From Octopus vulgaris (lineage: Eukaryota): a stretch of DNA of 64,000 nt. This document shows, piece after piece, positions 13,603-28,214 of the stretch. The stretch spans positions 81,096,001 to 81,160,000 of the forward strand of contig OX597816.1 of the NCBI GenBank assembly GCA_951406725.2. The letters run 5' to 3'. The notes beneath the pieces were generated by a model. That model had not been told where the DNA came from. It saw only the letters and a program-made list of their open reading frames with translations, and ran no database searches. Every line of letters starts with the position of its first letter. The stretch's first letter is position 1. A program made the translations under genes and the position numbers.

Positions 13603-13789
13603 AAGGGGGAGAGAGAGAAAGGGTGGAGATCATTAAATAATGAACCGGACATCATTACGCAGCGAAAAAGAAAAACAATATTAGTATTATGAATCAGCTA
13701 AATATTTTTTTAAATTATAGTAACAAATACTTGAAGCAATCCAGGAAAAGAGCACAAAGAGTGGAGTACTAATTCTTTCTAATTTAAGC

Positions 13790-13990
13790 TTAGGGCATCA
13801 ATTTTTGATTGTGTGGGTTGCGTTAGTCGATACCGTCGAGTCCATTACTTAAAAGATATTACATTTTCATCGATCTCAGGGAGCTGAAAAGCAAAGTTGA
13901 CTTCGATGTAAATTGAACTCAGACTGTAACGATCAAGAACACCGCTTAGCATTTTCGCGACGTTCTAACGATTCTGCCAGCTCGCTGCAT
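13790..13990 (-). mobile_element. SINE family B, degenerate
   Basis: Reverse-complement similarity to 32747-32980 (CTAACGATTCTGCCAGCTCGC head; GAAAAGCAAAGTTGAC). Confidence 0.7.
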
Positions 13991-14380
13991 TTTGGAGTGG
14001 AGTAATAGATAACAAGACACACAATGTCACAACAATGAAGAATCTAACGTAAACTAAACAAAGCATATCTCAAAAGAGGGCTCAGCAAATATTTACATAA
14101 ATAAACATTACGTGTGGAAAGATTTGTGCGCGTGCGTGCATGGTCTCCTGAAAGAGATAGGTTGAAGAAATGTATTCACCAGCGATAAAGTTGCTTCGAA
14201 GCCACAACATTGTGTACATCCGTGCGATAATGCATTCCTGAACACAATCCTACAACGCAAATCACAGCAGAAGTGTTGTGCAATGGTAGATATATCAATT
14301 CAGGAATCGTTAGTAGTTACGCATGCAAGCATACACGCACACACAGGGAGACAGGCGGACACACAAATAAATGGATTTGG

Positions 14381-14534
<154 letters not shown>

Positions 14535-14751
14535 TGCACATATAGATACACACGCGCATACACATGTATAGATTTGAAGGTGTGTGTGTGTGTGTGTGTG
14601 CGTAGTGTGTGTGCGTGTGCGTGTGCGTTGCGTACGCGTGTGAGTGTATGCGTGTGCACGCGCGTGTATGCATGTGTGCGCGTATAACTACACGCACACA
14701 TGATTATAAATAAATGTGTATGTGCATGCATTTATATTCGCATATATACAC

Positions 14752-14794
<43 letters not shown>

Positions 14795-14896
14795 CACATA
14801 CATACATACATACATACATGCATGCATACATACATACACACACACACATACATACATACATACATACATACATACATACATACATACATACATACA

Positions 14897-14927
<31 letters not shown>

Positions 14928-16998
14928 GCATATATATATTAATAGAGTTTATATGTTCGGAAGTTACGAGACATGTCAATACTTGTAAGCACTTGTTTCG
15001 CTTTCAGAATGATTAAGGAGTAAAATGAATGTGTTTCATATTAAAATTATATAGAAAGTAACAAGGTTTTCGAATTTTATTAGACGAGTTGTTTGGACCA
15101 TTAGATGTCATGGTTTTCGAACATGCCAGAAAGATCTTGACATCAAGTATGACATATGTCTCATTAAACCACAATATCCCATATGCATTGAATCATTATT
15201 TTCTCACACAGCGTTTCACTGAAGCTATGATATATGGCTCGACAAACTATAGATTGGGAAACTTTACGTAGAACAACTTTCTTATTAGAATGGCCTCATA
15301 TTTTCCGTGAAAACCGACAATGACAGAAGAAATTCATTTCTTTTGCTGCTGTGGTTAGCTCTACGGTCTTCTGACATCAGTCAAAGGCGAGAATATAAGG
15401 GAAAACTATAATTATTTCCTAGTTGTAACTGAAAAGATGTAGCTTCCCAAGTCGACAGTGTTTCAAATAAGCTCTGGGTGGTTGTAATATCAGAAATCCA
15501 ATACCAAGGGATTTTTGATTGGTGTATATCGCTACGGTAAATCGTAAGCAAAATCAAGGGAAAACAACAGAAAACAACAAAAATACAGAGTATCGATTTT
15601 GTACTTTTGTTTGTTTTTCGTAATGTTTTTAGTTTTTGTTTTAGTTTGTTTGTTTTTTGTGGCGTCCACATGATTTACTTTGGATGATTTTAAGAATACA
15701 AATGTTGTTGTTGTTGATGATGATGATGATGAGGAGGAGGAGGAGGAGGAGGAGGAGGCGGATGCTGTTACTGTAGCTTCGACCTGCGCATCAGAAAACA
15801 TCTGGTCAAGCTTATTTCAGAAAAAAAACAAAAAAAACAACACTGCTATTTTGATAGGGGTTGATTTGAGGAAAATTTGGCTACTATTATTTATCAGATC
15901 AAGAGCTAGCAGAGAAGCTCATTTACCGGTTCGGCAATCTAAGCATTTTGAATTAGATGCCTTGGAGTTGGTACTTTGGAATATATTAGACGCAGAAGTG
16001 TGTCCTACAGTCAATTACTGAAATTACCCTGACAAGAGTACACCTGGATCGCTGAGTTTAACACTTCTAACAGAAGGAAATTGTGAACAAGACAAATAGA
16101 ATCCATCTTGCATAGAAACGCCATCCAAAAACACCACTGCACCAACGTCAGAGATTCTACATAAAATGCCCAGCCTACTAGAAATAGCAGCCAAATGATG
16201 ATATGATTGTTGTTCATACTGTGGTGGTGGTGGTGGTGGGGTTACGGTGATGGTCTCTAAGGTGGTAGTGCTGACAGTTGTAGTGATGGCGATTGATACA
16301 GTCTTTGCGGTTGGTGACGGTGGTGGTCGCGGCGGCGACGGCGGCGGTGGAGACGACGGTGGCAACGGTGGTGACGATGATGATGATGATGATGGCCGTT
16401 GATATAGTTATTGTTACTGATGACTGGATGACGGTAGGAGGGGGGTCGTCGTCGCCGTCGTGTTGTTGCTCTTGTTAGTATGGTCGGTATAGTGGTAGCG
16501 AAGACGGTGCCGATATCAATGGTAGAAAGGATTATGCCGGCGCTCGTGCTGGTGAGGAAATATGTGAAATGGCCTTTCTTAATGATAATGCTCTGCTCTT
16601 GAAGCGTTTCAGTAATAATACTTTATATATTTGACTTAGGCAATGGGAGAAAGGAAGAAAATCAAGAAAACAATAGCGAACACAAATGTTCTCACACACA
16701 TACATATATACATACAAATACTCATAGATACACACACACACATATATATATATATACATTCCAGCATCGCATACACACATACATTCCAGCATTCGCATAC
16801 ACATACACACATACATAACCAAAGAAAAACTTAATTTGTATTATCATGAAAACTGCTTAAAACGTCAAACTTGATATTTCTAAATTATACACGACACACA
16901 CGTACACATATATAAGTATATAAGGATGTATATGAATATATGTATGTATGTTTATGTGCGTATTGTGTGTGTGTGTGCTTCAGTGAGTGAGTGAGTGA

Positions 16999-17050
<52 letters not shown>

Positions 17051-19539
17051 GTGTATAGAATATAGAGTGAGTGAGTCTGTGTGTGCGTGTGTGCGTGTGT
17101 GTGTGCGTGTGTGTGTCTGTGTCTGTGTGTGTGTGTATCTGCGTGTGTGTGTGTGTGTGTATCTGTGTGTGTGTGTGTGTGTGTGATTATTTGAATGCTT
17201 GGATGTATTTGTGTGATAAAAGAAATACAGAAAATCTGATGGAGAGAAAAGAGTGATAGAGAGAGACACAGAGAGAGAGAGGGGGAGGGAGAGAGAGGAG
17301 AGGGAGAGAGAAATAGGAAAGATTGCGCAGTTTAGGGAAAAGAAAGAGACAGAGTGATAAAATATATAGCATGCGAGATATGAAAAGAGTGAAAGGAGAG
17401 GATGTTAAGGTTAGTTAAATCTAGAATTGATGAATAACGAAGATAAATTGATCAAGTGTCAAACTGAATTAAAAATATAAAATTTAAATTATATATACCG
17501 CACGGTTTTAAATAGAATTAAAATGCGCAGTGTTACTCAACAATCGGAGGAGAATTGTCATAAAAGTAGAAATGTGCTAGTTCTCTAATAAGATAGATTA
17601 TTTTAACGTAAGAAGCCATGCTCTTTACATACGCATTCAGCGATAAACCAAGACATCTTTCCTTACATAGGCCCGAGGCGACACATATAATAGGGAGTAC
17701 TAGTCTATTAATTATTTCATCAATCCTGTATATGTCAAGACGAAATCAGACGGCTCCGGCGGGATTTGAACCCAGAAGGTAAAAGAATGAGATTGAATGA
17801 GAATGGTAGTGCTTTAGATGAAATCAATAAAGCTATATATGGTAGTTTGGTAGCTTAGATGGTTGCATGGAGGACGAGGTGGTGGTGGTGGATGGTGATG
17901 GTGTTGGTGGTGGTGGTGGTGGTCGTCGTCGTTGTAACGCTGCTGCTGAACTGTGATCTTTCAAAGTGGATATAAACTGAACTTATTTAAAACGTACACG
18001 ATTCTTCACAGAACAGTACGGATATAAAAATAGTATGAAGGAAACGAAACGAAATGTATTGTAATGATACAAAGCTGTCGTTAACATAAATAACAAAAGA
18101 AAGATAAGGATCAATGTAATAGCAACTTTCACTTTAGATATATTTTTTTTATATTTTATTTTTTTTTTTTTTTTGAGGGGGTGGTTATGGTTTTTATTGT
18201 GTTCCGTTTTAATGTATTATTGGGAAAGTAAAAGAGCGGCTAAATATCTGATTTCTACCATCGGCACAAGGTCTACGCATTTTCGTTGTGGTTAGAACTC
18301 ATCAAGGAATTCTGTTGTCTGAATACTCATCGTCGAAGCATTGCACTATTTATTACATTACAGATCAGGAAGACTATGAGAGACAGAATCTGTAGATCAA
18401 CGGTGAAGAATGCCATGCACATCAACTTTACCTTTCACCTACCCAGAGATCAAGTTGAGAGATTTCGATTTAATCGATTGTGCCCAACCCTCAAATAACA
18501 TCTGATCGTGCGCTCACGTTAGAAATCCCTATTGTAAGCCAATATTAGATAGAAAGTCAGATAGTGAAATAATTAATGAGTAAATGAGTAAGTGATTGAG
18601 TGAGTGAGTGAAGGAAAGAGTGAGAAAAAATATTCAAGCTGATGTATTCAGGGGGAGGAGTATGCGCGTGCGGAGTATTACTGAACTGGCAGTCAAAAGA
18701 TGAGCTAAGAGAAGTGAATGATGAGAGAATTGTGGATCAGAGGACAGAAGAGAAAACAGAAAGCAAGTGCGATGATGATGGTGATGATGATGACGACGAT
18801 GATGACGGTGGTGGTGGTGGTGGTGAAGAAGAGGAGGAACAGCAGAGAATGAGGTTAAAAGAATGGAATGTTTCGAGGTCTTGATGGTATAAAGTCAGAC
18901 GTGTTTGTGTTTGTATATATGTGTGTGAGAGAGAGAGAGTGTGTGTGTGTGCGTGTGCGTGCTTCAGTGAGTGAGTGAGTGTGTGTGTGTGTGTGTCTGT
19001 GTGTGCATAGAATATAGAAAAATCTTGAAATATGAATGAAGATGAAAGCAATTCAAAAGAAAAGATAACGATGAAAAAAGTAGGGTAAGGAGAGAAAGGA
19101 TAAGTGATGGAAGAGAAAGAGGTGGGTGGGCAGAGTGAAGAAAGAGGTTAAAAAATAGCGTAGTTAAGTGGCACGAGAAAAGAGAGAAAGTGATGAGTGG
19201 TTGAGGAGTTGAATTAATAGTTGGGTGAGTAAAGGAGTGAGTGAGAGGTTGAGCCAGTCATTAAGTAGGTTAGTGACACTAGATGAATGTATGAGTGGGA
19301 GGGAAAAATTGGGGATGATTAGTAAAGGAATCTTTTTCATTAATGGTTCAGTCAGAGAAAGAAGGCACGCCCATGATCCTTTTGCAGGGAAAGTATGGAG
19401 GAAGTTATCCTCAAACCAAAGACATGGCTCGAGCCTGTACAACAGTGTGTACACTGCTAAAGGTATGTGGAAGATCTCGTATTTGTGTTAAACCCGAATA
19501 TAGATGAAGTCTACCACTCAAAATCAAAAACAGTTCTTC

Positions 19540-19700
19540 AGATGGGGTTTCACAATTTCCATCCATCAAATTTCAGTTCCAAGGCTTCTGATAAGCCGTG
19601 GCTATTGCAGAAGATATATACTCAATGAGCTGTGCAGTGCTATTATAACCGAAACCACGTTGATACGAAGGAAACATTTTAAATATACAGTCTTGCCTAC
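19540..19700 (-). mobile_element. Old SINE family A-like 5' half
   Basis: Degenerate match (TTTCC..CCATCAAATTTCA..CAAGGCTT..GGCTAT..AGAAGA). Confidence 0.45.
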
Positions 19701-20927
19701 AATCAAAGAAGTATGTATTCTATAACTACCAATTATTTTGACGACATTGTAGTTGATACTCTAGAGGGTCAAACAGACTTATTATTAAGAAAATGAAAGC
19801 ATTTTTCTTTCTTATTTTACTTTTTCTATGAAATCACTACATTATTCGATGTGTCTTTTTTTTTTTTTTTGAAGACGTAAGTCATTTTAGGAAGATCTGG
19901 CTATTATTTTGCAAGTCGATCGACCACATAGAGATCCATTATTTGTTCAATAGTATTATCATAGAATATTAGCAAGATATAGATATATTTTAGTATCTGG
20001 GGGTTGATTGTACATGTATGGGAATGGCTGTCAAGGTTGCTACTCACAATAAACACCGCCCTTCATATAACGAGGTGGTCTTAGATTTGTATTATATTGT
20101 TGCAGTGAGTAGATACAAAGGTATTTTTCAGTGAGAAGTTTGTGGTGATGCGTAGTTTTGATATATTTGCGGTGTGGTGTGATTTGTTACGGATAGGTTA
20201 TGAAATGCACTCAAGGAGAACTTTTCGTAGATTGTAGATGTGTAAAAGAAGATAATTTACTTCAACCACCAGCAATAATAATAGTCATTTCTAGCATTGA
20301 CACAAGGTCATACATATCTCGAAATGAAACATAGTTGGCTGAACTGATTTTTATATGTGATAGTTGAGTTAGATAGAAAATCTATGAAGAAAAAAGAGAT
20401 TTTTTTTTAAATATATTAAAAAGAAAAAGGAAGTATACGACTACAAAGACCATGGTCTCAGTAAAAAAAAAAGGAAAAGCTTCAACATACTTCATACTTA
20501 GATAAGTAGGGACAGATCAAGAAAACAGTACTGTTTGAGAATGCCTTTGAACATAGGCCTGATCGATCAGAGTCGAACAGTGACTAAGCAACAACAACAA
20601 AAACAACAAGAGCATGTATATTTTACCTAGTGTACCTTGAATACGATAAAAGACAGTTGAGTTGCTGATTGCTGCACAACAACAAAGTCTTCCGGCGAAA
20701 AGCATATAATGAAGCAGAATATATAACCTGGCATTAAAATATGCAGAAATTGTGCAGAAATAATCAATCACATTATTTCTGGCTGTGCTGCACCGTCTTT
20801 GCAATTTAGATATCACAAAGTTGAATTTCCATGCAGTTAAAATTCTCGTTTATATTTCAGAATCCGAGAAGAGAAAGCCAGACACACACACACACACATA
20901 TATATATAAATATTCATATATATATAT

Positions 20928-20996
<69 letters not shown>

Positions 20997-21029
20997 TTAC
21001 CAATACGCTGATCGACAAGATATAGAAAA

Positions 21030-21350
21030 TTACATTGTAAGTCTTACGGGACGTAGCAGTTCTTACTGACAAAGCAAATAAAGGTAAATCGCGTGAATAT
21101 CTGAATATCAAAGGCCATCAGATAGAAAAAAAACTGTATCCTAAAGATATATCAATTACAGCTGACGACAACATAACTCTGAAACAAATGGGGCAATTAT
21201 GCAAACATAAAACCACGAATACAGATATCCAGAACGTGGTTATTGGAAACAGAAGCAATCCTGAAAATAATATGTATCCTGGGAATGCTAAAAAGAGGAT
21301 TATTACCGAAATCCCGTGACTTAAACATAAACAAAGCATTAGTGCATATA
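21030..21350 (+). pseudogene. R4/Dong-like LINE restriction-like endonuclease (RLE) domain remnant
   Basis: Across frameshifts: VLRDVAVLTDK, EKNCIL, DISITADDNITLKQMGQLCKHK, SRTWLLETEAILKIICILGMLKRGL. This matches the ILWD..TD...IDVSIP.D.N..K..EK..KY.....W...T..IP..IG.LG pattern. Confidence 0.7.
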
Positions 21351-21722
21351 GATCAAACCAACGAGAACGTAGTCACTCTTGGCAAATTAGAAACAGAGTC
21401 CAAATCTTCTTTAAATTCCACTTCAATATTCATTAAAAAGAAATAAACGTATTGGGTAATGAAGCCCTTACATACACTATCCTTGGATAAAAAATATGGG
21501 ATAGTCACGACTGGAATGTCTTTCAAAATAGATCTACTAGATCAGAACTGATAAAGGACTAAACAACAACATAAGAGAAACTTTATATATTATATGTAGA
21601 AGCCTTTGATTGTAACACAGAGAGCACAGCTTTGAATATAATCAACATATATATAGCTGCACGTATATGAGAATATGTAATGTGAGGGCATAGTAACAGT
21701 GATATTACTGAATTAATATTAA

Positions 21723-21791
<69 letters not shown>

Positions 21792-22739
21792 GAGGGTGGT
21801 TGCATTGGCAAAAACAGATACAACACTATTTGCAAAAAAAAATGATAAATCTTTTGCAAGCGTTGCGAGTCACAAGAAGCCTTCCCAGCTCAACGTCTTG
21901 CGGACTAAAAGGGCGGAAATGAAAGTCGTCGTGTAGAATGCAAAGTGATTGGATGGGGGAAACAAAAGAATAGGCTCAAAATGGAAGATAAGCAGAATAC
22001 TGAAAGTTCTCTCCACAGGCGACCAGTAGTCCACCCGATAGCCTAAACTTCAAGGTTCTTTGAATTAGTAACTTGAGGCTAGCAATGAAACTGCTGAGGA
22101 AGCTAAAAAGGGATAAAAACAAGGAGGAGATTGAGCGCATACAACAAACAAAAGCCTCGCAAACTATCAATGCCTAACGAACACTGTCCATTGATGCGAG
22201 AGACTTTTGCAGTTTAATCGAAAATGCCCATATCTGACTTTAGAAAAATCAAGAGTAAGAGGCATGATTAGTGAACGCTGCCCGTAAGTTGCAACAAGAC
22301 AGGTTACGCAATGTGCAAAGAAGAACATTATCAGTGTTGCAGAGAAGCCCTGATCTTATGATGTCACAGTTTCTCGCAGCTTTGTAACAAAAGCATGTAA
22401 TGTATTGTATTAAAATTTTAACATTTGTTTATATTACATTGCGTTCTCTCCAGTTCCTTTATCGTATATTTACATATCCATATATTTTGTAATCCCTTTA
22501 GTATAACATAAATAAACCTTTATTATTACTATTCATCGAGCTCATGTCCGAAATGTATCTGTTTGTGCCAAGGTTTAAAATCCTTATTGTTACTTTAAGT
22601 AGCAACACTATGTAGTATGCATAAAGAGAAATTAGCAATACCAATGACAAATTGAAATTTCATTTCCTTTCTTTATTTTTCACTGTTACTATTTCTGTTA
22701 CGTGTATGACATGGATGATGCACCTGTATATACAAGACA

Positions 22740-23075
22740 GAGAGGAGAGGTGCAGAAAAGGAGGAGGAGAGGAGGAGCGGAGGAGCGGAGAAGGGAAGGA
22801 TGAAGAAAGATGAGGCGAGAAGGGGAGAAGGAGGAGGGACGAGGGACGAGGGGAGCAACAAGCGGAGAGGGAGAAGGGGAGGAGAAGTAGGAGGATGGCA
22901 GAGCAGAAGGGAATGAGGAAGGGTGAGGAGTAAGGGAGAAGAGGAGATGTAATAGGTGGGAAGGAAGGAAGGCGAATAGGAGGTTGAGAGGTGCTGATGG
23001 TAATGGTGGAAGGTTGGTTCTGGAGGAGAAGAAGAAGAAGAAGAAGAAGAAGAAGAAGAAGAAGAAGAAGAAGAT
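22740..23075. repeat. Polypurine GGA/GAA low-complexity tract ending in (AAG)n
   Basis: Directly visible. Confidence 0.9.
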
Positions 23076-23407
23076 TTGAGAAGAAATGAGATGAAGCGAG
23101 GCGAGCAGTGGTGAGGGCGAGAGACTTGGGATTGAACAACAAAAAATACAGAGCAAGAAAGCGGGGGGTGGAGACAGCAACAGCAGAAGAGCACGACTTT
23201 ACGTCACGATTACATGAAATGAAGGAATACAAATAAAGATAATGTAATCTAATAAATACAAAAGAACTACAGAAATACTAAACACCCACATACATAGTTA
23301 GAATGGGAAGAGAAGAGAGAATATAAAAATGAAAACAAATTCGAAATGTAATATTAGCTACCAAGAGTTTCTGGGAAATTTCTGGGTGTGTGCGTATGTA
23401 TATATAC

Positions 23408-23444
<37 letters not shown>

Positions 23445-24678
23445 GATGACATGTTTACAGGTATGTATGTCTGTATATATGTATATACATGTACATGCAT
23501 ACACACGCGCGCGCTCGCACACACTCATAGTGTGAGAGTGAAAGTGAAAGGGATGGAAAAGTGGAATTTCTTCGTAATTAACGAGGTTTGAAACGCTGAG
23601 CATGTTAAAACAGGGAACAGGTTGAAAGAGTGTACCTGTTACAACAGGAACATGCTGAAGCAGCGAACATGTTGAAACGGCGGACATGTTAAAAAGGTAT
23701 TTGTGGTTGCGAGGGAGATGTTTCACAAATAGGAAGGGCGTGGGGGGGGGGGGGCGTTGAACATAAGAACGCAAGAAAGAAAGAAAGAAAGAAAGAAACA
23801 CAGAAAGAAAGAAAGAAAGAAAGAAAGACAGAAAGGAAGAAAGAAAGAAAGAAAGAAAGAAAAAAGAAAAAAAGAAACAGAAAGAAAGAAAGAAAGAAAC
23901 ACAGAAAGAAAGAAAGAAGGGAAGACACACAGACAGACAGACAGATAGATAAGAAATGTAATGGAAAATGGTCAATACACGTAAACAAAAATTTGAAAAA
24001 TGACAACCTGGGGAGTTTCCACTAACTCCTTCTCCGCTACTGTAAACTCTCTATGTGTATATAGGTGTATGTATGAGTATGTACATAGGAAATAATTTCA
24101 TAAAAAATGTTAAACAGAAGACACGACTGAAGTTTCATCTTTTTTTAATTAAACATGATTCCTATTAGTTTTTTTTTTTTTTTTTAGTTTAATATTTTAA
24201 ATGTTTGTTAGAATAATACCGTTTCAAGTTAATTTAGAATAATACCGTTTCAGGTTAATTTTCTCAGTGAAGTTTTTGATAATGGAGTTTTCTAGTATAC
24301 AAGTATTATTGAAATACTGTTGCAAATGAAAAAGTTATCAACACCCAAATTAATATTCTTTAACAGTTAACTCTTATTTATTATCAACGTTTAATTAATT
24401 TGGACTAAATTTCAGTGTTTTTATCTAGCTTGTGTTTTCTTTACTAATAAAACTTGCGTAGTTAATCTTCTCAATTTTGCAGTATTCTTTATAGGAAGGT
24501 CGTGTTGTTACTTATTGATTCTCTATCTAGTTATGTTCCATATTCAGTATTATAATGTATTGTAATGATTCCTTGACGAAATGCATCGAACAACGAGAAA
24601 GTGTTACAATTGTCTACGCGAGGATGCAAAATTTGAAATCCATGCATTTAAGTCTATGCATCATTTTGCATTAAAATG

Positions 24679-24731
<53 letters not shown>

Positions 24732-24744
24732 GTACATATCGGGG

Positions 24745-25020
24745 GTGAAGGTGCGTGGCCTAGTAGTTAGGGTGTTTCACTCACGATCGCAAGACCGTGG
24801 TTTCGATTCACAAACTGACACTGCGTTTCGTTTTTCAACAAAACACTTCATTTCACATTGTTCCAATCTGCTCAGCTGTAAATGGGTAACCCTACGACAG
24901 AGTGGCGTTCTGTTCAGGAAGAATGTTGACCTACATGCTTTTTCAGCGGTGTGGTATCATTCGAAAGCGCATTATGACAAACAGTGTATAACAACATCCG
25001 ATAACCTGGTTCATATAGTG
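24745..25020 (+). mobile_element. tRNA-derived SINE with V/CORE-like domain (related to the 11880-12210 family)
   Basis: A box TGGCCTAGTAGTTAGGG, CACGATCG, B box GTTTCGATTC, then CAGCTGTAAATGGGTAACCCT..GAC...TGGCGT. Confidence 0.7.
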
Positions 25021-25084
25021 ATGTATTGATATATATATATATTCATACTTTGGGCACCATAGCCCTTTCAAGTAAAGAGTTATT

Positions 25085-25260
25085 ATCTGCAGATATATAT
25101 CCGTAGTTTACTTGGAATTTGTGGGAGACATTCGTCCAGTATGCGTTTGAATGTTATGAAGTCTTTTTCTTCTTTCATGTACCTTGGCATGATATTAAAG
25201 AGATCAGTTGAGGTGAAATAGTTTCTGCCTCGATGTTGTGATGTGATGCGAGCATGATTT
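25085..25260 (-). pseudogene. CR1-group LINE ORF2 C-terminal fragment
   Basis: NYFTSTDLFNIMPRYMKEEKDFITFKRILDECLPQIP matches LFN.LP..I......FK..LD.FL..IP. Confidence 0.7.
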
Positions 25261-25621
25261 TTGGGGAGAACGGATTGCACGGGAACCAAGACTTGGGTGA
25301 ATTTTAAAGTTGATGCCAACATCATTTCGGCAGTGCTATTGGACTATTTTCCACATCATACAACTGATATAGCACTTACGGCGACGCTGGAGGGAATAAG
25401 GTATGAATTTCTCTTGTCATGTCGTCTATTTTCCTCAGGGATACTTCGATTTTTATATGTTTTGTGTAGGGAGACCACAGCGGACAAAAGGATTCAATGT
25501 AAGGAGGGGCGAGGGTGGGGAAGAGTAATGGTAGCGGCGTCATACAAATCTGCACATACATACATACATGCGTACATGCATACATACATTAATACATACA
25601 TACATACATACATACGAACAA

Positions 25622-25716
25622 AACTACCCTGCTGTTGATGTTGAAACTCCTATGAAGGAACCTTGGATCTAGGTTAGAAACTGGTTCTTACACTATTGGC
25701 AAGAAATCTTCAATAA
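25622..25716 (+). mobile_element. Short retroelement 3' remnant next to (CATA)n with a hammerhead-like degenerate core
   Basis: CCTATGAAGG-AACCT-tggatct-AGGTT-AGAAAC-TG-GTTC followed by AATAAG. Confidence 0.4.
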
Positions 25717-25739
25717 GGACATACACGCGCGCACGCACG

Positions 25740-25771
<32 letters not shown>

Positions 25772-26619
25772 CACACACACATACATACGAAATTTCCTTA
25801 ATCTTAATACTGATTTTCGAGTCGCCATTTATTTAAATATTTGAATAATCAGTAACCTGAGATTCAGATATATCAGTCGAGAAGCTTCAGTTTCTCAGGA
25901 AATGTTCCAACCCAAATCCTAATGAAATGTACATAATTTATTTTATAGACTGAGGATTCCTTTCTTTCTTTGTAAACACAAATATTCACCAATCTCTATC
26001 TATCTATTTATTTCTCTGTGTATGTGTGTGTGCGTGCGTGAGTGTACGTATGTGTGTGAATGCATGCATATATTTATAAGTATTTATGTATATTCACTTC
26101 ATGATATGATAATTCTTCCACTTGACTTTTAGACAAATATACGGAATCTTAAATGTATGGAACGAGAATATTACCAAAGATGTTTATACTAAAGGGCCTC
26201 CAATGCAGAGGGATATTTATTTCTATTTCCTATTGTCAGAAGAAAAGGAAGTGCTATATCTATTTTCTATTCTTCTACCTTGTTCTCTGTAACTTCTGTT
26301 AATTTGTCTACTTTTCTCCTTATTTGTGTGTGTGCGTGCGTGCGTGAGTGTGTGTGTATGTGTGCGTGTAGGGGGGACTGTAGTTTGTGTTCCATATTGT
26401 ATTCTAGTCTCTGATCAGCCTTGATTGTGCATGCGAATAATTAAAAGCGTACAAGGCAGAAAGTCTCATTTATTCAGTCATAGTGTATCTAGGATTATGC
26501 TGTCCAATGCATTTTCTTATTCTTAATATTTTCCGGTGTGATTTGAGGGGAACTTTGCTGCTATTTCTCATCAATTCAGAGGAAGCACACATCGACATAT
26601 TGTTGTTGTTGTTGGTGTT

Positions 26620-26812
26620 GCTAAGTAACAAGACGGGGGTAAGGGTAATTAGGTGATGGTCTAGGGCTTAGGGGCGGGAGACCCCAGACCTTGGAAAAAA
26701 AACTTTGGTCGTCTTGTTGTAGTCGAGGGCTCTTCGTTGACGCCCGACACCACTGGGAGGTGGCCCTCAAAGTTGCTGGAAATGGAGATCTCCAGGTCCA
26801 AATTCTTGAACG
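26620..26812. mobile_element. GC-rich ~190-bp insert within a (GTT)n tract, unclassified
   Basis: Composition shift, with (GTT)n on both sides. Confidence 0.4.
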
Positions 26813-27129
26813 GTTGTTGTTGTTGTATGTAGTAAAGTCGCTTACATTTTGGAAGAAGTGACTGTAACTGCTTTTGATCTATTGGGAAATTATCAAGCAA
26901 TAGCAACTGCATCAACAACATCAGGAATTATCACAAAATGCAGCAAGAGAGTAAGAGAGTGAAACTGTTGTAACAGCGTCAACACTAACAATACCGAAAT
27001 TAACTTTTAGCAATATTTCAATGTTCTACCCAGCCACAACACCCTTCTTATTCTCATTTTCCACCTTATATACATAGGCACACAGAGAGTAGACATACAT
27101 ACAGATATACACACACGTCTGCGTGTATA

Positions 27130-27170
27130 TGGCTGACGACTAGCATCACGCTTGAAACTCAAGAGTACCA
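27130..27170 (+). ncRNA. Minimal type I hammerhead ribozyme (PLE-type)
   Basis: TGG-CTGACGA(27133-39)-ctAGCatcacGCTt-GAAA(27154-57)-CTCaaGAG-TA^CCA. Stem I is TGG/CCA, stem III is ACTC/GAGT, and the GUA triplet is at 27165-67. AATAAA lies ~45 nt downstream. Confidence 0.65.
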
Positions 27171-28183
27171 AGGAATTTGAATCAAACTGTTTTGACCCAT
27201 ACATGTGACTCCCAATAAATTGGTTGAGTGCCTGTCTTTCGTTTGCCCACTAACACATATATGTGTGTGTGTGTGTGTGCGTGCGTGCGTGTGTGCGTGC
27301 GTGCATGCGTGCGTGCGTGCGTGCGTGCGTGTGTGTGTGTGTGTGTGTGTGCGTGTGTGTGGCATACTAGCAGAATGGCTATATCTTCGGACAAAATTAC
27401 CAACGTAAAACAATTTGGGTTTATGCCCTCTAAATTCGAATCCTGCCTGTCTACTTGTCGGGCTTAACTTCTTTCTTCTAGTCTAGTGGTGAAATTTGAA
27501 CAATGTCATGTACGCTTTGTACGTTTATGAAATAAAACTGGCCGTGTATGTGTGTGTGTGTGTGTGTGCATGGGTAGTAATGTGGGCAAAATATAGTCTA
27601 GTTACGATTATATAGAAGAAAAATTAAGTATAGGTGGTAGGTAGAATGCACAAGTGAAGACACAAGCATGGAAGCCATTTTTCCTTCATCTGTTATTGAT
27701 CGAAGCAATTTCAGCACTTTAGCAACAGGATTTCGCCCATCGGAGACCTAGCAATAAATGTTATTGGAGAACAAGGACAGGACGACAAGTATATGAAAAT
27801 ATACGAACAATTAGGTACAATAAATATTTAAATCTGCCAACCAAATGAGAAGTTAGTTTGTACAACTAAGACAAATATAACACAAGACGAAGTCACAAAA
27901 ATATAAAACAGTGAATGTCTTTCGACTGGGTTTTCCTCTTCGCAATCCAATATTACTCTTGAGTAAAGAAAAATTTAATTACACTACAAACAAGTCAAAC
28001 AGACATGTATACATTCTCAGTTAACACACATACAAGTATAAATATATGTATACAAGGCGACACCCAGCATGACCGAACTTTAATAATTGAAACAAGGAAT
28101 AAACAAACATACTTGTATATTTGAGTGTTTGTATATACATACATACATACATACATACATACATACATACATACATACATACA

Positions 28184-28214
<31 letters not shown>

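Noticed and set aside
21880-22360. Possible DNA-transposase remnant (PPDSLN-like and Cys-rich words)
   Set aside because: The motifs are isolated and inconsistent between families, and no TIRs were found.
24208-24260. 26-bp direct repeat x2 (CRISPR-like?)
   Set aside because: Two adjacent copies with no spacer in eukaryotic context, so a simple tandem duplication.
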